A stretch of DNA of 64,000 bases from Candidatus Poribacteria bacterium (GCA_003635195.1 PYIY01000195.1:13961-77960); one strand, 5' to 3'. Numbered from the stretch's first letter, positions 1 to 10,255 are shown. The notes: generated from the sequence alone by a model not told the origin. Made by a program: numbers and translations.

Positions 1-1105
1 GTAACAATAGCGAAACCGAGTCCGAACCAGGTATCGTGATGTGGGGAGCGCATCAGTTCAACCGTTTTTTTCTTTAATATGCGGACACCGTTGAGTTCGC
101 CACCATTGAGCAACATCTGACAAAACCGCATGTAGTCTGGCGCCGTTGAGACGAGTTTACCACCACCTCCTGGAAAGAAACGGACTTCACCGTTCTTGAG
201 GGGTGGATCTTTCTCAACACGTTCCAACCTCATTTTTCGGTCTTTATCACCTTCGACCCGCTTTTCTTTAGCACCGGCCGTCTTTTTTTCTTTCTCTTTA
301 TCACCCTTCATCCGCCCTTCTTTGTGAAGTTGATACAGTGCGGCGAACCTGTCCAACTTCTCTAAAGGCACTGAAAATGCGGTATCCACCATACCGAGCG
401 GTTTAAAGAGACGGGTTTGGAGGAATTCTTCAAACGGCATCTCGGAAACCACCTCTACGAGGTAGCCGAGTACATCGGTAGATAACCCATAGGTCCACCT
501 TTCACCCGGTTCGTGAACGAGCGGAATAGCAGTAAGTTTTTTTGCCATATCCGCCAACGTTGCGCCGCGTTTAAAAATTTTCGCCTCCCGATAGCGTTTA
601 TCGACCGGTTCGCTGCCCCAGCCATAAGTTAACCCTGCGGTATGCGTGAGAAGGTGTTTGATCGTTACCTCTTTCTTTGCGTCCAAGATTTCCGTCTGGT
701 CGGCGTTGTAGACCTTCATGTTTTTAAATTCAGGGATAAACTCGGACACGGGTGTATCGAGCTGAAAATGTCCCTCCTCATAGAGCATCATGACTGCGAC
801 ACTGGTAATCGGTTTGGACATGGAGTGGATACGAAACAGTGTGTCTGCTTCCATGGGCTTTTTGTTTTCAACATCCCGCATGCCGATGGTTTCAAAATGA
901 ACGATTTTGCCGCGTCTCGCCACGACCGTTAGGAACCCTGCTATACGTCCGTGATCAACATAGCCTTGCATCACAGGACGGATGCGTTCAAGGCGTTCGG
1001 TGGAAACGCCTACCTCCTCTGGCACAACCATGGGAAGTCCTTGTCCGGATGCAAGTGTCGTGACGAAAAACAGCAGTAATGACGCACACGTTAATATTTT
1101 CAATG
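1..1105 (-). CDS. Beta-lactamase-related serine hydrolase (class C beta-lactamase/esterase fold), partial; C-terminus beyond window start
   Basis: Minus-strand translation begins MKILTCASLLLFFVTTLASGQGLP with a signal peptide. An S-x-x-K motif (HSMSKPITS) is present. ATG at 1103-1105 is preceded by a GGAGAG SD. The frame is open to the window edge. The + strand ORFs 642..932 and 839..1063 are antisense artefacts. Confidence 0.75.
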
Positions 1106-1117
1106 CCCTCTCCTTTA

Positions 1118-1200
1118 ATGGTTATCAGTTGTCGGTTGTTGGTTAACGGTTAAGAGTCCTTTCTGGCAGTGATACAATCTATAACCTACACAAGAACCCT
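1118..1200. repeat. Hexamer-repeat palindromic element
   Basis: gttatcagttgtcggttgttggttaacggttaagag ... cctcttaaccgaaaaccgaaagg. Confidence 0.4.
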
Positions 1201-1226
1201 CTTAACCGAAAACCGAAAGGATTTTT

Positions 1227-1345
1227 TGGATGAAGATTAATTTTTTAATTCGGTAATTTCTTGGCGAAGCCCGGTGGGGTTAGGAAACCGCACCTCCCGG
1301 GCCTGGGGAATGTAGAATTACCGATTTATTTTTTTAAACCTCATG
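1227..1345. repeat. MITE-like palindromic element (copy 1)
   Basis: Same architecture as 18913..19032, with the central hairpin CCGGTGGGGTTAGGAAACCGCACCTCCCGGGCCTGG. Confidence 0.55.
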
Positions 1346-1379
1346 GAAAAAATCCGTACTGAAAACCAGTAACTATAAA

Positions 1380-2192
1380 TTATTGTACGACCTTAAGGTA
1401 TCCCCAACGGGTTGCGAGTTTGCCGCCGGGTTCAACGTTGAGGATTTGTGCTAAGCCGACATCCATCGCTTCTTGAATTTCCGCTTCGGTTCGTTCAACA
1501 TTGGAGATGCGTATCTCTTCAATGATACCTTTTAATCCGTTTGCGTTATCAAGGTTGGGTACCCCGATTGTAATTGGATCGCCACTTTGAAACGTCTCCG
1601 CATTGGGTGCCTCGGTCTCTAATTCACCATCAACGTAAACGCGTCCCATCTTGCCATCATAGGTAAAGGCAAGATGGTGCCACTTGTTGTCGGTGATGTC
1701 GGTTTTGCCATTTATATTGAAGGCGCATCCACCGTTTGCCCCGATCTGTGCGTGCAAAACGCTCTGATCTACATGAACCCAGATGCCGTAGTTTCGATTG
1801 GTACATCCTGCCTGCTGTTTGCAGACCATGCCCTGCCATTTACCTGTGCTCTCCTTTACCTTAACCCATGCTTCAATACTGAGTGTTTCCAATTCCAGTT
1901 TTTTGGTAGAATCGACGACGATGTAGCCGCCAGCATCACCGGGGAACTCCAATCCTGTCCCGAACTTCGCTTTTACCCACTTGGGGCTTCCAGCGAATTT
2001 GCCATCGTGTCCATTTCCCGAAGCGTCTTTCACGATCTTTCCAGCACCTTCCTCAAAAAGCCAGACAGCGACTGTATTTTTATCAACCGCTGCATCGGCA
2101 AATCCACCGCCGAACAGGAGTGAAACCGCGAGTATAACCGAGATCCCGATGAGACTATAGAAGAATTTCGCATCAGTGATGTGCATAATCAT
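1380..2192 (-). CDS. Secreted LamG/concanavalin-A-like lectin fold protein (LamG_3-like)
   Basis: It has a signal peptide. The WLFEEGAGKIVKDASGNGHDGKFAGSPKWVKAKFGTGLEF segment is typical of LamG_3 domains. It is a paralog of 38924..39700 and shares the C-terminal tail motif K(L/V)AT.WG.(L/I)K. Confidence 0.7.
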   Translation of the reverse strand: MIMHITDAKFFYSLIGISVILAVSLLFGGGFADAAVDKNTVAVWLFEEGAGKIVKDASGNGHDGKFAGSPKWVKAKFGTGLEFPGDAGGYIVVDSTKKLELETLSIEAWVKVKESTGKWQGMVCKQQAGCTNRNYGIWVHVDQSVLHAQIGANGGCAFNINGKTDITDNKWHHLAFTYDGKMGRVYVDGELETEAPNAETFQSGDPITIGVPNLDNANGLKGIIEEIRISNVERTEAEIQEAMDVGLAQILNVEPGGKLATRWGYLKVVQ

Positions 2193-2448
2193 TCCCCCTT
2201 TTACTCAGGTATTTTATCAGAAAGAGAATTTTTAAGTCAAGGGATTTGAGGTTAGCAGCAGGGTGGTGTAGTTACAAAGTGCGCCTATCGGTAGCTGTCT
2301 GTCTCTCTTTACGTTTCACCATAAATGACCCCACCTAAGCGAGAAAAATGTTGACACGGGATTTCGTATGGCATATAATTTCGCAAGTCCTGTTAGACGC
2401 GTTGATGCGCGAATCGTGATTTGGACAGACACATAAGGAGGCTTTTAC

Positions 2449-3621
2449 ATGGCAGAACGAATTAAGATGGGCTTAGTCGGATGCGGCGGTATGTCCGGTG
2501 CCCACATGGGTGGATACCGTGAGTTATGGTCGAAAGATGTCCGAGACTTTGACATTGTCGCTGCGTGTGATATAGATAAAGGCAGGGCAGAGAATCGAGC
2601 GAATGAGGCACACGAGTTCCAAGGCGGTACAAAGCCTGCTGTTTATACGGAACTTGAGGAGATGCTTGATAAGCATCCGGATTTAGAGTGCGTTGATATA
2701 TGTGCACTTCATAGTGCACACCATGTGCTTGCTGTCCCTGCCTTGGAAGCGGGTAAACACGTCATCATAGAAAAGCCGTTTGGTATTACGATGCGTGCAT
2801 GCAAACTGATGATGGAAGCAGCAGACAAAAACGATAAGATTATTTCTGTGGCAGAAAACTATCGGTTGAGCCGTATGGAACGTACGCGTAGTTGGGTAAT
2901 TGCGCAAGGACGTGTCGGTGAACCGCGTATGTTCTTTTGGATTGAGGTCGGCGAGGCATTAGGCAAATGGGGTTGGCGCAACTTCAAGATGGATGCCGGC
3001 GGCGGTTGGGCATTAGATGGTGGCGTACATTTCACGGATCTAATGCGCTACATTCTCGGTTTGGAAGCCGAGGAGGTTTACGCGATCAACAAGGCGTATG
3101 AACCTTACCGTTACGATAACGCTGCTGAGCGTGAAGGCGGTTATTCAGTTGATGTCGAAGATGCGATGATTGCGACAATCAAGTTTGAACAAGGCGTTAC
3201 CGCACAGTGGACCTGGGTAGGCTCTGCGCCTGCACACGGTTTTGGACAGAAAGTGATCTACGGCAGTGAAGGCGCTCTTGATTGGGGTAGAGGTTTGGTA
3301 CCACGCGGCGGTGAATCTATTTCTAATGACGATTTACAGAAAGAATTCACGGAGAGCCTCAGTGATGATGAACGTGAATATTTCTTCCCTGCGGGAATCG
3401 GTAATACGGTTGCCATTGAGCTGAAATACTTCGCCGATGCGATTCGGAGCGGCGGCAAACCGGAGGTGGACGCTGTTGAAGGAATGCGGTCTGAAGCGAT
3501 CTGTATGGCGGCTTATGAATCCGGCTGGTTTGGTCGTCCCGTGACAATCGCCGAGATTGAAAACTGCGAACTCGAAGGCTATCAGAAAGAGATTAATGAT
3601 AAACTCGGGATTGGTGTGTAG
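2449..3621 (+). CDS. Gfo/Idh/MocA family NAD(P)-dependent oxidoreductase
   Basis: N-terminal Rossmann motif LVGCGGMSGAHMGGY is present. An EKP motif (IIEKPFGITM) matches the family. A strong SD AAGGAGG lies 7 nt upstream of the ATG at 2449. Confidence 0.85.
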   Translation: MAERIKMGLVGCGGMSGAHMGGYRELWSKDVRDFDIVAACDIDKGRAENRANEAHEFQGGTKPAVYTELEEMLDKHPDLECVDICALHSAHHVLAVPALEAGKHVIIEKPFGITMRACKLMMEAADKNDKIISVAENYRLSRMERTRSWVIAQGRVGEPRMFFWIEVGEALGKWGWRNFKMDAGGGWALDGGVHFTDLMRYILGLEAEEVYAINKAYEPYRYDNAAEREGGYSVDVEDAMIATIKFEQGVTAQWTWVGSAPAHGFGQKVIYGSEGALDWGRGLVPRGGESISNDDLQKEFTESLSDDEREYFFPAGIGNTVAIELKYFADAIRSGGKPEVDAVEGMRSEAICMAAYESGWFGRPVTIAEIENCELEGYQKEINDKLGIGV

Positions 3622-3699
3622 ATATAACTTCTACGATTGGATATTCGTTTTCTATGGGATTGGAAGGTTGGAAGACTGGAAAATCTTCCATCCCCGTAA

Positions 3700-4512
3700 T
3701 TGGTTGAAACTATGGAGCGATTGAAAGGGAAGGTTGCGATTGTCACGGGTGCCGGTAAAAAAGGTGAAGTTGATGGGACCGGCTATGCGACATCCATGCT
3801 TTTCGCGAGAGAAGGTGCGAAAGTACTTTTGGCGGACATCTCACCTGAGAACGCCAACGCCACGCTTGCCGAGATTGAGGCAGAAGGCGGTGAAGCCTCG
3901 GTGTTCATCGGCGATTTGTCTACAGAAGAAGCCTGTGCTGGCATGGTGAACGCTGCTGTTGAACGCTTTGGTAAAGTGAATGTCCTTTTTAATAATGTCG
4001 GACTCGGTGGCTCTGGGATGGTCACGGAGGTAGACGAGGCGAAATGGGACAGAGTGATGGATGTCAACCTCAAGAGCATGATTATGGCGTGTAAGCATGC
4101 TGTGCCTCAGATGGCTGAGGCGGGGGGTGGTTCTATTATTAATGTCTCGTCGATTGATGCGTTGCGCGCTGGTTGGGTTCGGAATGTGCCTTATGCCGCA
4201 GCGAAAGGTGGGATGATTTCGACGACGAAGGTGATGGCGGTTCATCACGGGCGCGATAACATTCGAGTGAATTGTATCGCGCCCGGGCATCTTTATGCCT
4301 CGTTCCCTGCACCGTATCTGAGTGAAGCGGAACGGGAACGCCGTCGCCTCATTGGCCCGCTCGGCACAGAGGGAACCGCATGGGACGTGGCGTGGGCGAC
4401 AGTTTTTCTTGCCAGCGACGAATCGAAATGGATTTCTGGAGTCGTTATTCCGATTGATGCAGGCTTACTGGCAGCAACGCCGCTTGCTGTTGTGCATCAA
4501 TTGGACGAATAA
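3700..4512 (+). CDS. SDR family short-chain dehydrogenase/reductase
   Basis: TGAGKKG glycine-rich motif, NNVG motif and catalytic YAAAK (YxxxK) are present. An alternative ATG start lies at 3712; the ORF track start at 3700 is a TTG. Confidence 0.85.
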   Translation: MVETMERLKGKVAIVTGAGKKGEVDGTGYATSMLFAREGAKVLLADISPENANATLAEIEAEGGEASVFIGDLSTEEACAGMVNAAVERFGKVNVLFNNVGLGGSGMVTEVDEAKWDRVMDVNLKSMIMACKHAVPQMAEAGGGSIINVSSIDALRAGWVRNVPYAAAKGGMISTTKVMAVHHGRDNIRVNCIAPGHLYASFPAPYLSEAERERRRLIGPLGTEGTAWDVAWATVFLASDESKWISGVVIPIDAGLLAATPLAVVHQLDE

Positions 4513-4555
4513 TAGGCAGTGGGCGACATAGAGATTCAATTGGTAGATAATGACA

Positions 4556-5542
4556 TTATTGCGAGTTCCACAAGTAGTTTATGTTGAATTTTACTGGATC
4601 CTCAGCAGCGACTACTCCTTCCATTCGCACTTTTAAATCTAAAAGCTCTGCGGATTGCGTTGGATAGAAGAACTGAACACCCACTTCGTTATCGGGACCA
4701 ATGAATTGTGCAAAACCGGTTATATCATCATCTGTTATCTGTCTTCCATTTATCGTAACTGTTACGCCGCTCTCGCTAAGTGTCGGTGGATTTTGGGCTA
4801 TTGTTCCCTCTGGGTAGTATACCCAGATAATCCATCCGTGTCCATCATTAGTATCATCTGGATTATTGCTGTTATCGCCGTTGTTATCACCATTGGTATT
4901 ATCTGGATTATCGCCATTGGGTGAACCGCCGTTATTGTTGCCGTTGTTCCCACCGTTGCCGTTATTACCGTTGTTCCCACCGTTATTATTGCCGTTGTTC
5001 CCACCGTTGCCGTTATTACCGTTGTTTCCACCATTATTATTGCCGTTGTTCCCACCGTTGCCGTTATTACCGTTGTTTCCACCGTTATTATTGCCGTTGT
5101 TGCCGTTATTACCCGCATTGCCGTCATTATTGTTATTTCCACCCTGTCCGTTAGGCGTTGATGGGTCTCCTGTCGTATCCGTCGGTGTCTGTGGGATCGG
5201 GACTCTTTCTGCGCGTACAACAGGTTTCCCTTCATGATAGAAGATATACAGCTGCCGCTCCGGATAGAGGTAGATAGCCGGTCCGTTGGTGGTATCTGCG
5301 CCTGTTGCGAGTGTAAGTTTTAGGCAGGTTGAATCAAGATCATCCTGAAAGCAGACAGCATTTCCATCGGTTGAGACAAGATAGCGATCCACTTCATGAA
5401 CAGTCAACGTTGAACCTGTATAAGGCATATCGGAGCATCCAGTGATAGCAAAAAGGATCACGAGGGTTCCGGTGATGAATTTCGCGGGTGTAGGTTTAAA
5501 TTTTTTCGGGTTCCGGGAATTCATTTGTGATGTTTTTCTCAC
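4556..5542 (-). CDS. Lipoprotein with expanded Asn/Gly-rich 17-aa tandem-repeat linker; paralog of 5846..6607
   Basis: Lipobox LFAITGC is present. A central (NNGNNGNGGNNGNNNGG)n low-complexity array is encoded by a 51-bp DNA tandem repeat. N- and C-terminal domains align with the neighbouring lipoprotein (CSDMPYTGS...VC..D..D..C.KL; GW.I.VYYP). Confidence 0.7.
   Translation of the reverse strand: MRKTSQMNSRNPKKFKPTPAKFITGTLVILFAITGCSDMPYTGSTLTVHEVDRYLVSTDGNAVCFQDDLDSTCLKLTLATGADTTNGPAIYLYPERQLYIFYHEGKPVVRAERVPIPQTPTDTTGDPSTPNGQGGNNNNDGNAGNNGNNGNNNGGNNGNNGNGGNNGNNNGGNNGNNGNGGNNGNNNGGNNGNNGNGGNNGNNNGGSPNGDNPDNTNGDNNGDNSNNPDDTNDGHGWIIWVYYPEGTIAQNPPTLSESGVTVTINGRQITDDDITGFAQFIGPDNEVGVQFFYPTQSAELLDLKVRMEGVVAAEDPVKFNINYLWNSQ
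4905..5110. repeat. 51-bp in-frame tandem repeat (about 3.5-4 units) inside lipoprotein gene
   Basis: The unit ccgttgttcccaccgttgccgttattaccgttgtttccaccgttattattg recurs in direct tandem. It encodes GNNGNNGNGGNNGNNNG units on the minus strand. Confidence 0.7.
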
Positions 5543-5617
5543 GATGCTACTCCTGTTCCATCGAAGTTTATACTATTGCTGCATAAAGTTTGAATTTGAA
5601 GGTATCTGCGAAGGTCG

Positions 5618-5790
5618 AGCGAGAAAACCTTGAAGAAATCCGCAGAATAGTTGTCAGTTGCCAGTTTTAGAAGTTTCCAGTTACCAGTTGCCAGTTACCA
5701 GAAAGAGAGTCTCGAACTATCAAAAACTTTTTTAGCTGGTTACTGGTCACTGGGTACTGGCGACTGCTACACTGGATGCTGTTAACTTCA
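5618..5790. repeat. Hexamer-repeat palindromic intergenic element between the two paralogous lipoprotein genes
   Basis: A left arm ccagttaccagttgccagttaccag and a right arm ctggttactggtcactgggtactggcgactg form a long imperfect inverted repeat. It is flanked by GAAGAAA.CCGCAG and CCCAAGCAAA module fragments. Confidence 0.5.
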
Positions 5791-5845
5791 AAAGCAAAAA
5801 CACCCTTATCAAAGCCCGCCAAGCAAATACCCCAAGCAAAATCCT

Positions 5846-6607
5846 TTACTGTATCGGTTGTAAGCGGAGGATATTTTGGGTATTGTCAGCTTCTACGCTG
5901 TCTCCGTTGACATGGAAGGTTGCTATATTGGCAGGTACGACTCCGTCTACCTGAATTGTTATTTCTGGAGTTTGCGTTTTGACGGAAAATCGAACGCCGC
6001 GTCTACCGTCGTTTTTGTTAATTTGGGTGAATTCGGTGATCTCCAGATCGCGTTGCCTATTGGTTGGGATTGTCTTTCCTTCGGCGATTCTGATGCCGAG
6101 TCCGCTGGTTTCGGGTGTGTTACCGCGGTTCGCTTCACGGAATTTGCTTGGATAATATACCTCAATGCTCCAACCTTCGGGTATATAGTTGGTATCACCA
6201 CCGTTCAGATCGACATTTGATGGCAGTTCGGCTTTGCCTGCCTCTACCAATTCCTGTACAATCTGGCTGGTATCCATGAGTCGTTTTGCTTCCAGTATGG
6301 TTCGCCCTTGATAATTAAAGACATAGGCGATGTTTGTTGGATGAACGTGGACAGTCGGTGTATAGTCTATACTCGTCGGGTCGATTTCTGTTTTATCCAA
6401 CAAAAGTTTTACACAGATTGCGTCGAATCCATCTTCCAAGCAGACGGTATCTTGTTCTATTGTGTTAAGATACTGGTCCAGGTCGCCGGAGGTTACTACG
6501 GGTCCTGAATAAGGGATGTCGGTGCAGCCTGCTATGCTGGTAAGTATAATGAGCAGGCTGCTGGTTAAAAAGGTTATGTTGCTAATTTTTATTTTTATTT
6601 TTTTCAT
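5846..6607 (-). CDS. Lipoprotein, paralog of 4556..5542 (no repeat linker)
   Basis: Signal peptide with lipobox SIAGC is present. Conserved N-terminal block CTDIPYSGP...LD.YL...E.D.VC.ED.FD.ICVKL and C-terminal block GWSIEVYYP are shared with the neighbour. Confidence 0.7.
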   Translation of the reverse strand: MKKIKIKISNITFLTSSLLIILTSIAGCTDIPYSGPVVTSGDLDQYLNTIEQDTVCLEDGFDAICVKLLLDKTEIDPTSIDYTPTVHVHPTNIAYVFNYQGRTILEAKRLMDTSQIVQELVEAGKAELPSNVDLNGGDTNYIPEGWSIEVYYPSKFREANRGNTPETSGLGIRIAEGKTIPTNRQRDLEITEFTQINKNDGRRGVRFSVKTQTPEITIQVDGVVPANIATFHVNGDSVEADNTQNILRLQPIQ

Positions 6608-6930
6608 GATGTTGCTCCTTTATTGGCATCGCAGCGCGAATTAGCCGATCTCAGTAGCGTCGGCTATCCTCAGGGTTTATATGATATCTCTAAGGTGCCT
6701 AAATTAGAATGAAACCCAAACGCTATAAATAAACGATGAGTACCGATGTTAGGTTTCACGAAGTTGGTTTTTCACTTCTGATGTGCTATAATTACGGCAA
6801 GTTATTACCTATTGAAAAGGTAAGGGCATTAGATCCAGATGTTAGAAAATGAGGCGAGAAGGAAAATCGAAATTGAATAAGTTGTGTTTGGTCAAACACA
6901 TTTTCAAGTGATTTCAAAGGAGGACAAATC

Positions 6931-7239
6931 GTGAAGGATTATGGATTCTATCAACATAGATTGGGTTTTGTTCTGATATGTATCTGTGTTTTAGGTCTAC
7001 TTGTATTGGGTATACAAGGTTGCCGCAGTGGCTCAGCACAAGACCTTGTACAGACGCAATCCACTTTTGAGTTTCAATCCAAAGATGATTTACAACGCGA
7101 ACTTGAGAGTCTATATGCCAGTGTTAAACAAACTCGAATCCTTACATCGGAAATAAAAGGGCAATATGCACAGATACAATTGGAAATTCTCAGAGAGATC
7201 AGGTTGTTGCGATTTGGCGAGTTAGTCGTCAGTGAATAG
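6931..7239 (+). CDS. Small putative lipoprotein, hypothetical
   Basis: GTG start follows a GGAGGA SD. Hydrophobic signal with GIQGC lipobox is present. No recognisable domain. Confidence 0.4.
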   Translation: MKDYGFYQHRLGFVLICICVLGLLVLGIQGCRSGSAQDLVQTQSTFEFQSKDDLQRELESLYASVKQTRILTSEIKGQYAQIQLEILREIRLLRFGELVVSE

Positions 7240-7414
7240 ACTTGACATCACCGTAAGTGAGTTTTACAGATTTCCGAAGGGTTTTATAGTAAAGTTTAGA
7301 ATTAATAAGGACACGCCACCCCGGTTCGGTTAGGAAACCGCGAAGAAACACCCCAGCAAAAACCCTACCGGGGGAGGAAAGTGTCTCTTTATTTTTAGGT
7401 TTCACTATAATCTC

Positions 7415-7944
7415 TTAGAACTGTGCGGGGAAGTTGCCGCGGGCGGCATCCATGACTTCGCCTGTAATTTCGTCATGTCCATTGTCTTTGGCGAAACTTT
7501 CAATCCCCATCTTCGCCATGGGACGGACGAAAGCAGGGATCCGCTCTAAGCGTTCGAGTGCCTCCGTTGTCCAGATGGGACCCTCCGATTCGGCAGGTTC
7601 TGGTTCTTCCTGAAAGGCATCCGAGATAACGCCAGTAAAGGGACATTTGCCGCCTTCAGTAGTCTCGCCTGAACTGGTTTCTGACGAAAACATATCAGGT
7701 ATGGATTCGCCCTTTGCTGTCTCTAACTGTGAGCGCACGAGCTGCATCGGTTGTGCTGCTTCGTTAGTGCCACCGAGTTTAAGGTCCAAGGATTTCAGCA
7801 TCTGGGTCTCCGACGGGTTGAGGTACATGGCGATCTCGGTAAAGCAGTCAGGACATTCAAAAAGTGCTGTCACGGAGCCTTGTTCAGGGCGGGTTACGTC
7901 TTTAAACTTCATCGCTGTGTCGCAGTCTGTACATAAAAATTTCA
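7415..7944 (-). CDS. Zinc-ribbon protein with C-terminal PCP_red (protochlorophyllide reductase subunit B C-terminal-like) domain
   Basis: The true start is taken as MKFLCTDCDTAMKF at 7944; the ORF-track N-terminal extension to 8056 runs through an intergenic repeat. CxxC...CPDC Zn ribbon is present. The C-terminal WTTEALERLERIPAFVRPMAKMGIESFAKDNGHDEITGEVMD matches the PCP_red consensus. Confidence 0.6.
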
Positions 7945-7954
7945 TATCTCTAAC

Positions 7955-8062
7955 TTTCCTTGCGGTTCGGTCAGGACGGGTTTGGAACTTGAAGTGCCCT
8001 TCCGTAGAACTGAAGAAACACCCAAGCAATACGCAGAAATACCCAAGCAAAAACACCCTTCC
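7955..8062. repeat. 110-bp intergenic repeat (leader module + 2x CCCAAGCAAA module), near-identical copy at 27100..27215
   Basis: The sequence ctttccttgcggttcggtcagg...gaagaaacacccaagcaatacgcagaaatacccaagcaaaaacaccctt is almost identical at both loci. Each directly abuts a minus-strand start codon. Confidence 0.6.
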
Positions 8063-8102
8063 ATTTCGTTTCAGGCTATGCGCTCCTTCAACCCAAATTG
8101 TG

Positions 8103-8984
8103 CTACATACTAAAAAAGTTTTGGATTTTTTTAGCTACTTGCCCGAGTGCCTGACTTGCGGGAGTATCTGGGCATTCGTCAATATAAAGGGTTCCATTGT
8201 CATTGCAACGTGCAAGTCTCGGATCAAAGGGGATGCTGCCGAGCAGGGTCTGCTGGAATGCCTTATCAGGGGTTTCGTTTGCGGAAAAGAGCGGTTCCTC
8301 TTCACCACAATGTTGACATACATGGTAAGCCATATTCTCGACGACACCGATGATCGGAACCTTCAAGACATCTCTCGCCATGGTCATTGATTTTTTGACG
8401 ATCAATTGCGAGACTTCAGAAGGGATTGTTACAACGACGACACCCCCAAGATTTGGGATAAGCTCTGCTACATTTGGAAGCCGATCGGTTCCGGGTGGCA
8501 GATCTAACAAGAGGTAATCCAAGTTGCCCCATTCGGTATCGGCGATAAACTCTCGGAGTGCGCCGACCTCCATCGTGCTGCGCCATGTGAATGCATCTTT
8601 TTGTGAGTGTGCATTCCAGATCACCGGCGCGTCATCTTCAGCTAAGAGTAGATCCATAGAGATCAGTTTGGTGCCGAGTGCGGTAATCGCAGGTTTGACC
8701 CCTGTAGGCGTGTATTCCAGTGTAGCATCACGGACACCCATCATTTTTGCGAGCGTCGGTCCATTAATATCAGCGTCAACGACTCCGACAGTGTTCCCCT
8801 TCAGCGTGAGTGCAGTGGCAAGGTTCGCAGTGAGCGCGCTTTTGCCGACACCGCCCTTCCCACTCATAATAGCCACAGTGTGTTTTACTGAGGTGAGCCG
8901 TTGTTGGATCCGGTTCACTTGTGCTGTGACTTGCCCGATAATGTTGGAACCGGCATCGCTCGGCAAATCGTTGTACGTTTTCAT
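8103..8984 (-). CDS. apbC: Mrp/NBP35/ApbC family Fe-S cluster carrier ATPase
   Basis: Deviant Walker A SGKGGVGKS is present. ParA/MinD-like fold and the C-terminal CQHCGEEEP cysteine pair are present. The stop overlaps the start of the upstream gene (ATGA). Confidence 0.9.
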   Translation of the reverse strand: MKTYNDLPSDAGSNIIGQVTAQVNRIQQRLTSVKHTVAIMSGKGGVGKSALTANLATALTLKGNTVGVVDADINGPTLAKMMGVRDATLEYTPTGVKPAITALGTKLISMDLLLAEDDAPVIWNAHSQKDAFTWRSTMEVGALREFIADTEWGNLDYLLLDLPPGTDRLPNVAELIPNLGGVVVVTIPSEVSQLIVKKSMTMARDVLKVPIIGVVENMAYHVCQHCGEEEPLFSANETPDKAFQQTLLGSIPFDPRLARCNDNGTLYIDECPDTPASQALGQVAKKIQNFFSM

Positions 8985-10255
8985 TCTTCTCCACCGATGG
9001 CATAGAGTGCCTGATAACTACGGAGATAAAGCGTTCCGTTTGCGATAGCGGGAGACGCAGCGATGACTTCCCCCAGCGAATTGCTGGCGACGATTTCAAA
9101 CTCGCGTCCTGTTTTTACAACATTGACAATACCGTCCCGAGATGTTAGATAGATGTGTCCATTCGCATAGACAGGTGAGGCACGATGCCGGTGTCGATGC
9201 GTTCGCTTGCGATAGAGTTGCTCCCCGGTTTCGGCGTCAAGACATATCAGATCACCTCTCTCTCGACAGAGGTAAACCAAGCCGTTATGAATAACTGGAG
9301 AGGGAACATCAGGTGTGCCTTGTGGAAGTTTCCAAAGTTGCCATTTGCTATCAGTGATGTCCCCCTGCGCAGCTGGATCAATGCCGACAACGGGTCCGTT
9401 TTTCGCGGAGGGAACAACGATGAGTCCCTCTGTTGCAACAGGAGAAGCGACGAATCGGAGGGAGGGGTTATAACCCGCCTCTGGGTTAAAGCCGCCACAT
9501 CGCCAGATTTCGCTGCCATCTTCGAGGTTGTGGGCTGTGACATAGTCCGCCCCGTGGACAACAAGGTATTCACGTTCTGCATCGCGATAGAGAATTGGAG
9601 AGGTATAAGCCTGTTCACATTCATCGGTCGCATCACTGTCCCGATTATGCTTCCAGATCTCTGTGCCAGTCATCTTGTCGAGTGCTAAGACAACCCATGC
9701 GTTGCTGTGGATGAGTTGGAAGTAGAGTCGGTCTTTGTCAAGGAGCGGGGTAGTGGACATGACAAAGTAGAGATTGAAGCTACCATAACGGTCAGCGAGA
9801 TTGGTGTGCCAGACCTGATTTCCCTCAAAATCGTAGCAGGCGAGGTCGCCGGTTCCGAGGAACGCCCAGACATGTTCGCCATCTGTTACAGGAGAGGGTG
9901 CGGCGGAATTACCTTCGCCGCCGCGGACATCTCGGTTGCCATGTCCTAAAGTCTGCTTCCAGAGCTCTTCACCCTCAGTACTGATACACATCAAAACAAG
10001 GGCATCGCCTTCAGCCGAAGTCAGGAAAATTTTGTCTTCCCAAATAATAGGGGTAGAGGCGGCTTCACCGGGGAGCGGTAAACGCCATTTGATATTTTCG
10101 GTTTGACTCCACTGAATGGGTGCCTTGGTTTCATTGCTAATCCCATCGTTGTGTGTCCCGCGCCACTGTTGCCAATTGTCAGCGAAACTGTTAGTTGTTA
10201 GGATAAACGCCACAAGTAAGAACGTTATCGTGTATCTCAAAGTCTGTTTTTGCAT
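8981..10255 (-). CDS. PQQ-like beta-propeller repeat protein (BamB/quinoprotein-like), secreted
   Basis: Signal peptide is present. Multiple W-containing propeller blades are present (NWQQWRG, IWRCGG, etc.). The architecture is typical of PQQ-repeat propeller proteins. Confidence 0.8.
   Translation of the reverse strand: MQKQTLRYTITFLLVAFILTTNSFADNWQQWRGTHNDGISNETKAPIQWSQTENIKWRLPLPGEAASTPIIWEDKIFLTSAEGDALVLMCISTEGEELWKQTLGHGNRDVRGGEGNSAAPSPVTDGEHVWAFLGTGDLACYDFEGNQVWHTNLADRYGSFNLYFVMSTTPLLDKDRLYFQLIHSNAWVVLALDKMTGTEIWKHNRDSDATDECEQAYTSPILYRDAEREYLVVHGADYVTAHNLEDGSEIWRCGGFNPEAGYNPSLRFVASPVATEGLIVVPSAKNGPVVGIDPAAQGDITDSKWQLWKLPQGTPDVPSPVIHNGLVYLCRERGDLICLDAETGEQLYRKRTHRHRHRASPVYANGHIYLTSRDGIVNVVKTGREFEIVASNSLGEVIAASPAIANGTLYLRSYQALYAIGGEE

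Noticed and set aside
3622-3700. Rho-independent terminator after the Gfo/Idh/MocA gene (ggaagactggaaaatcttcc hairpin)
   Set aside because: The hairpin is present but not followed by a T-tract. Left unannotated.
4866-5237. Plus-strand ORFs 4866..5237 (Pro/Leu-rich) and 4921..5154 (Cys/Arg/Tyr-rich)
   Set aside because: These are antisense and out-of-frame readings of the 51-bp tandem repeat inside the minus-strand lipoprotein gene. The periodic low-complexity translation is an artefact.
7945-8056. N-terminal extensions of ORF-track calls 7415..8056, 26323..27174, 14563..14970, 15667..15990 and 42235..45432
   Set aside because: The extra codons run through intergenic repeat modules (7945-8056, 27100-27174) or overlap the preceding gene. 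Internal ATG/GTG starts with Shine-Dalgarno sequences give products that begin at conserved domain N-termini. The gene starts were trimmed accordingly.
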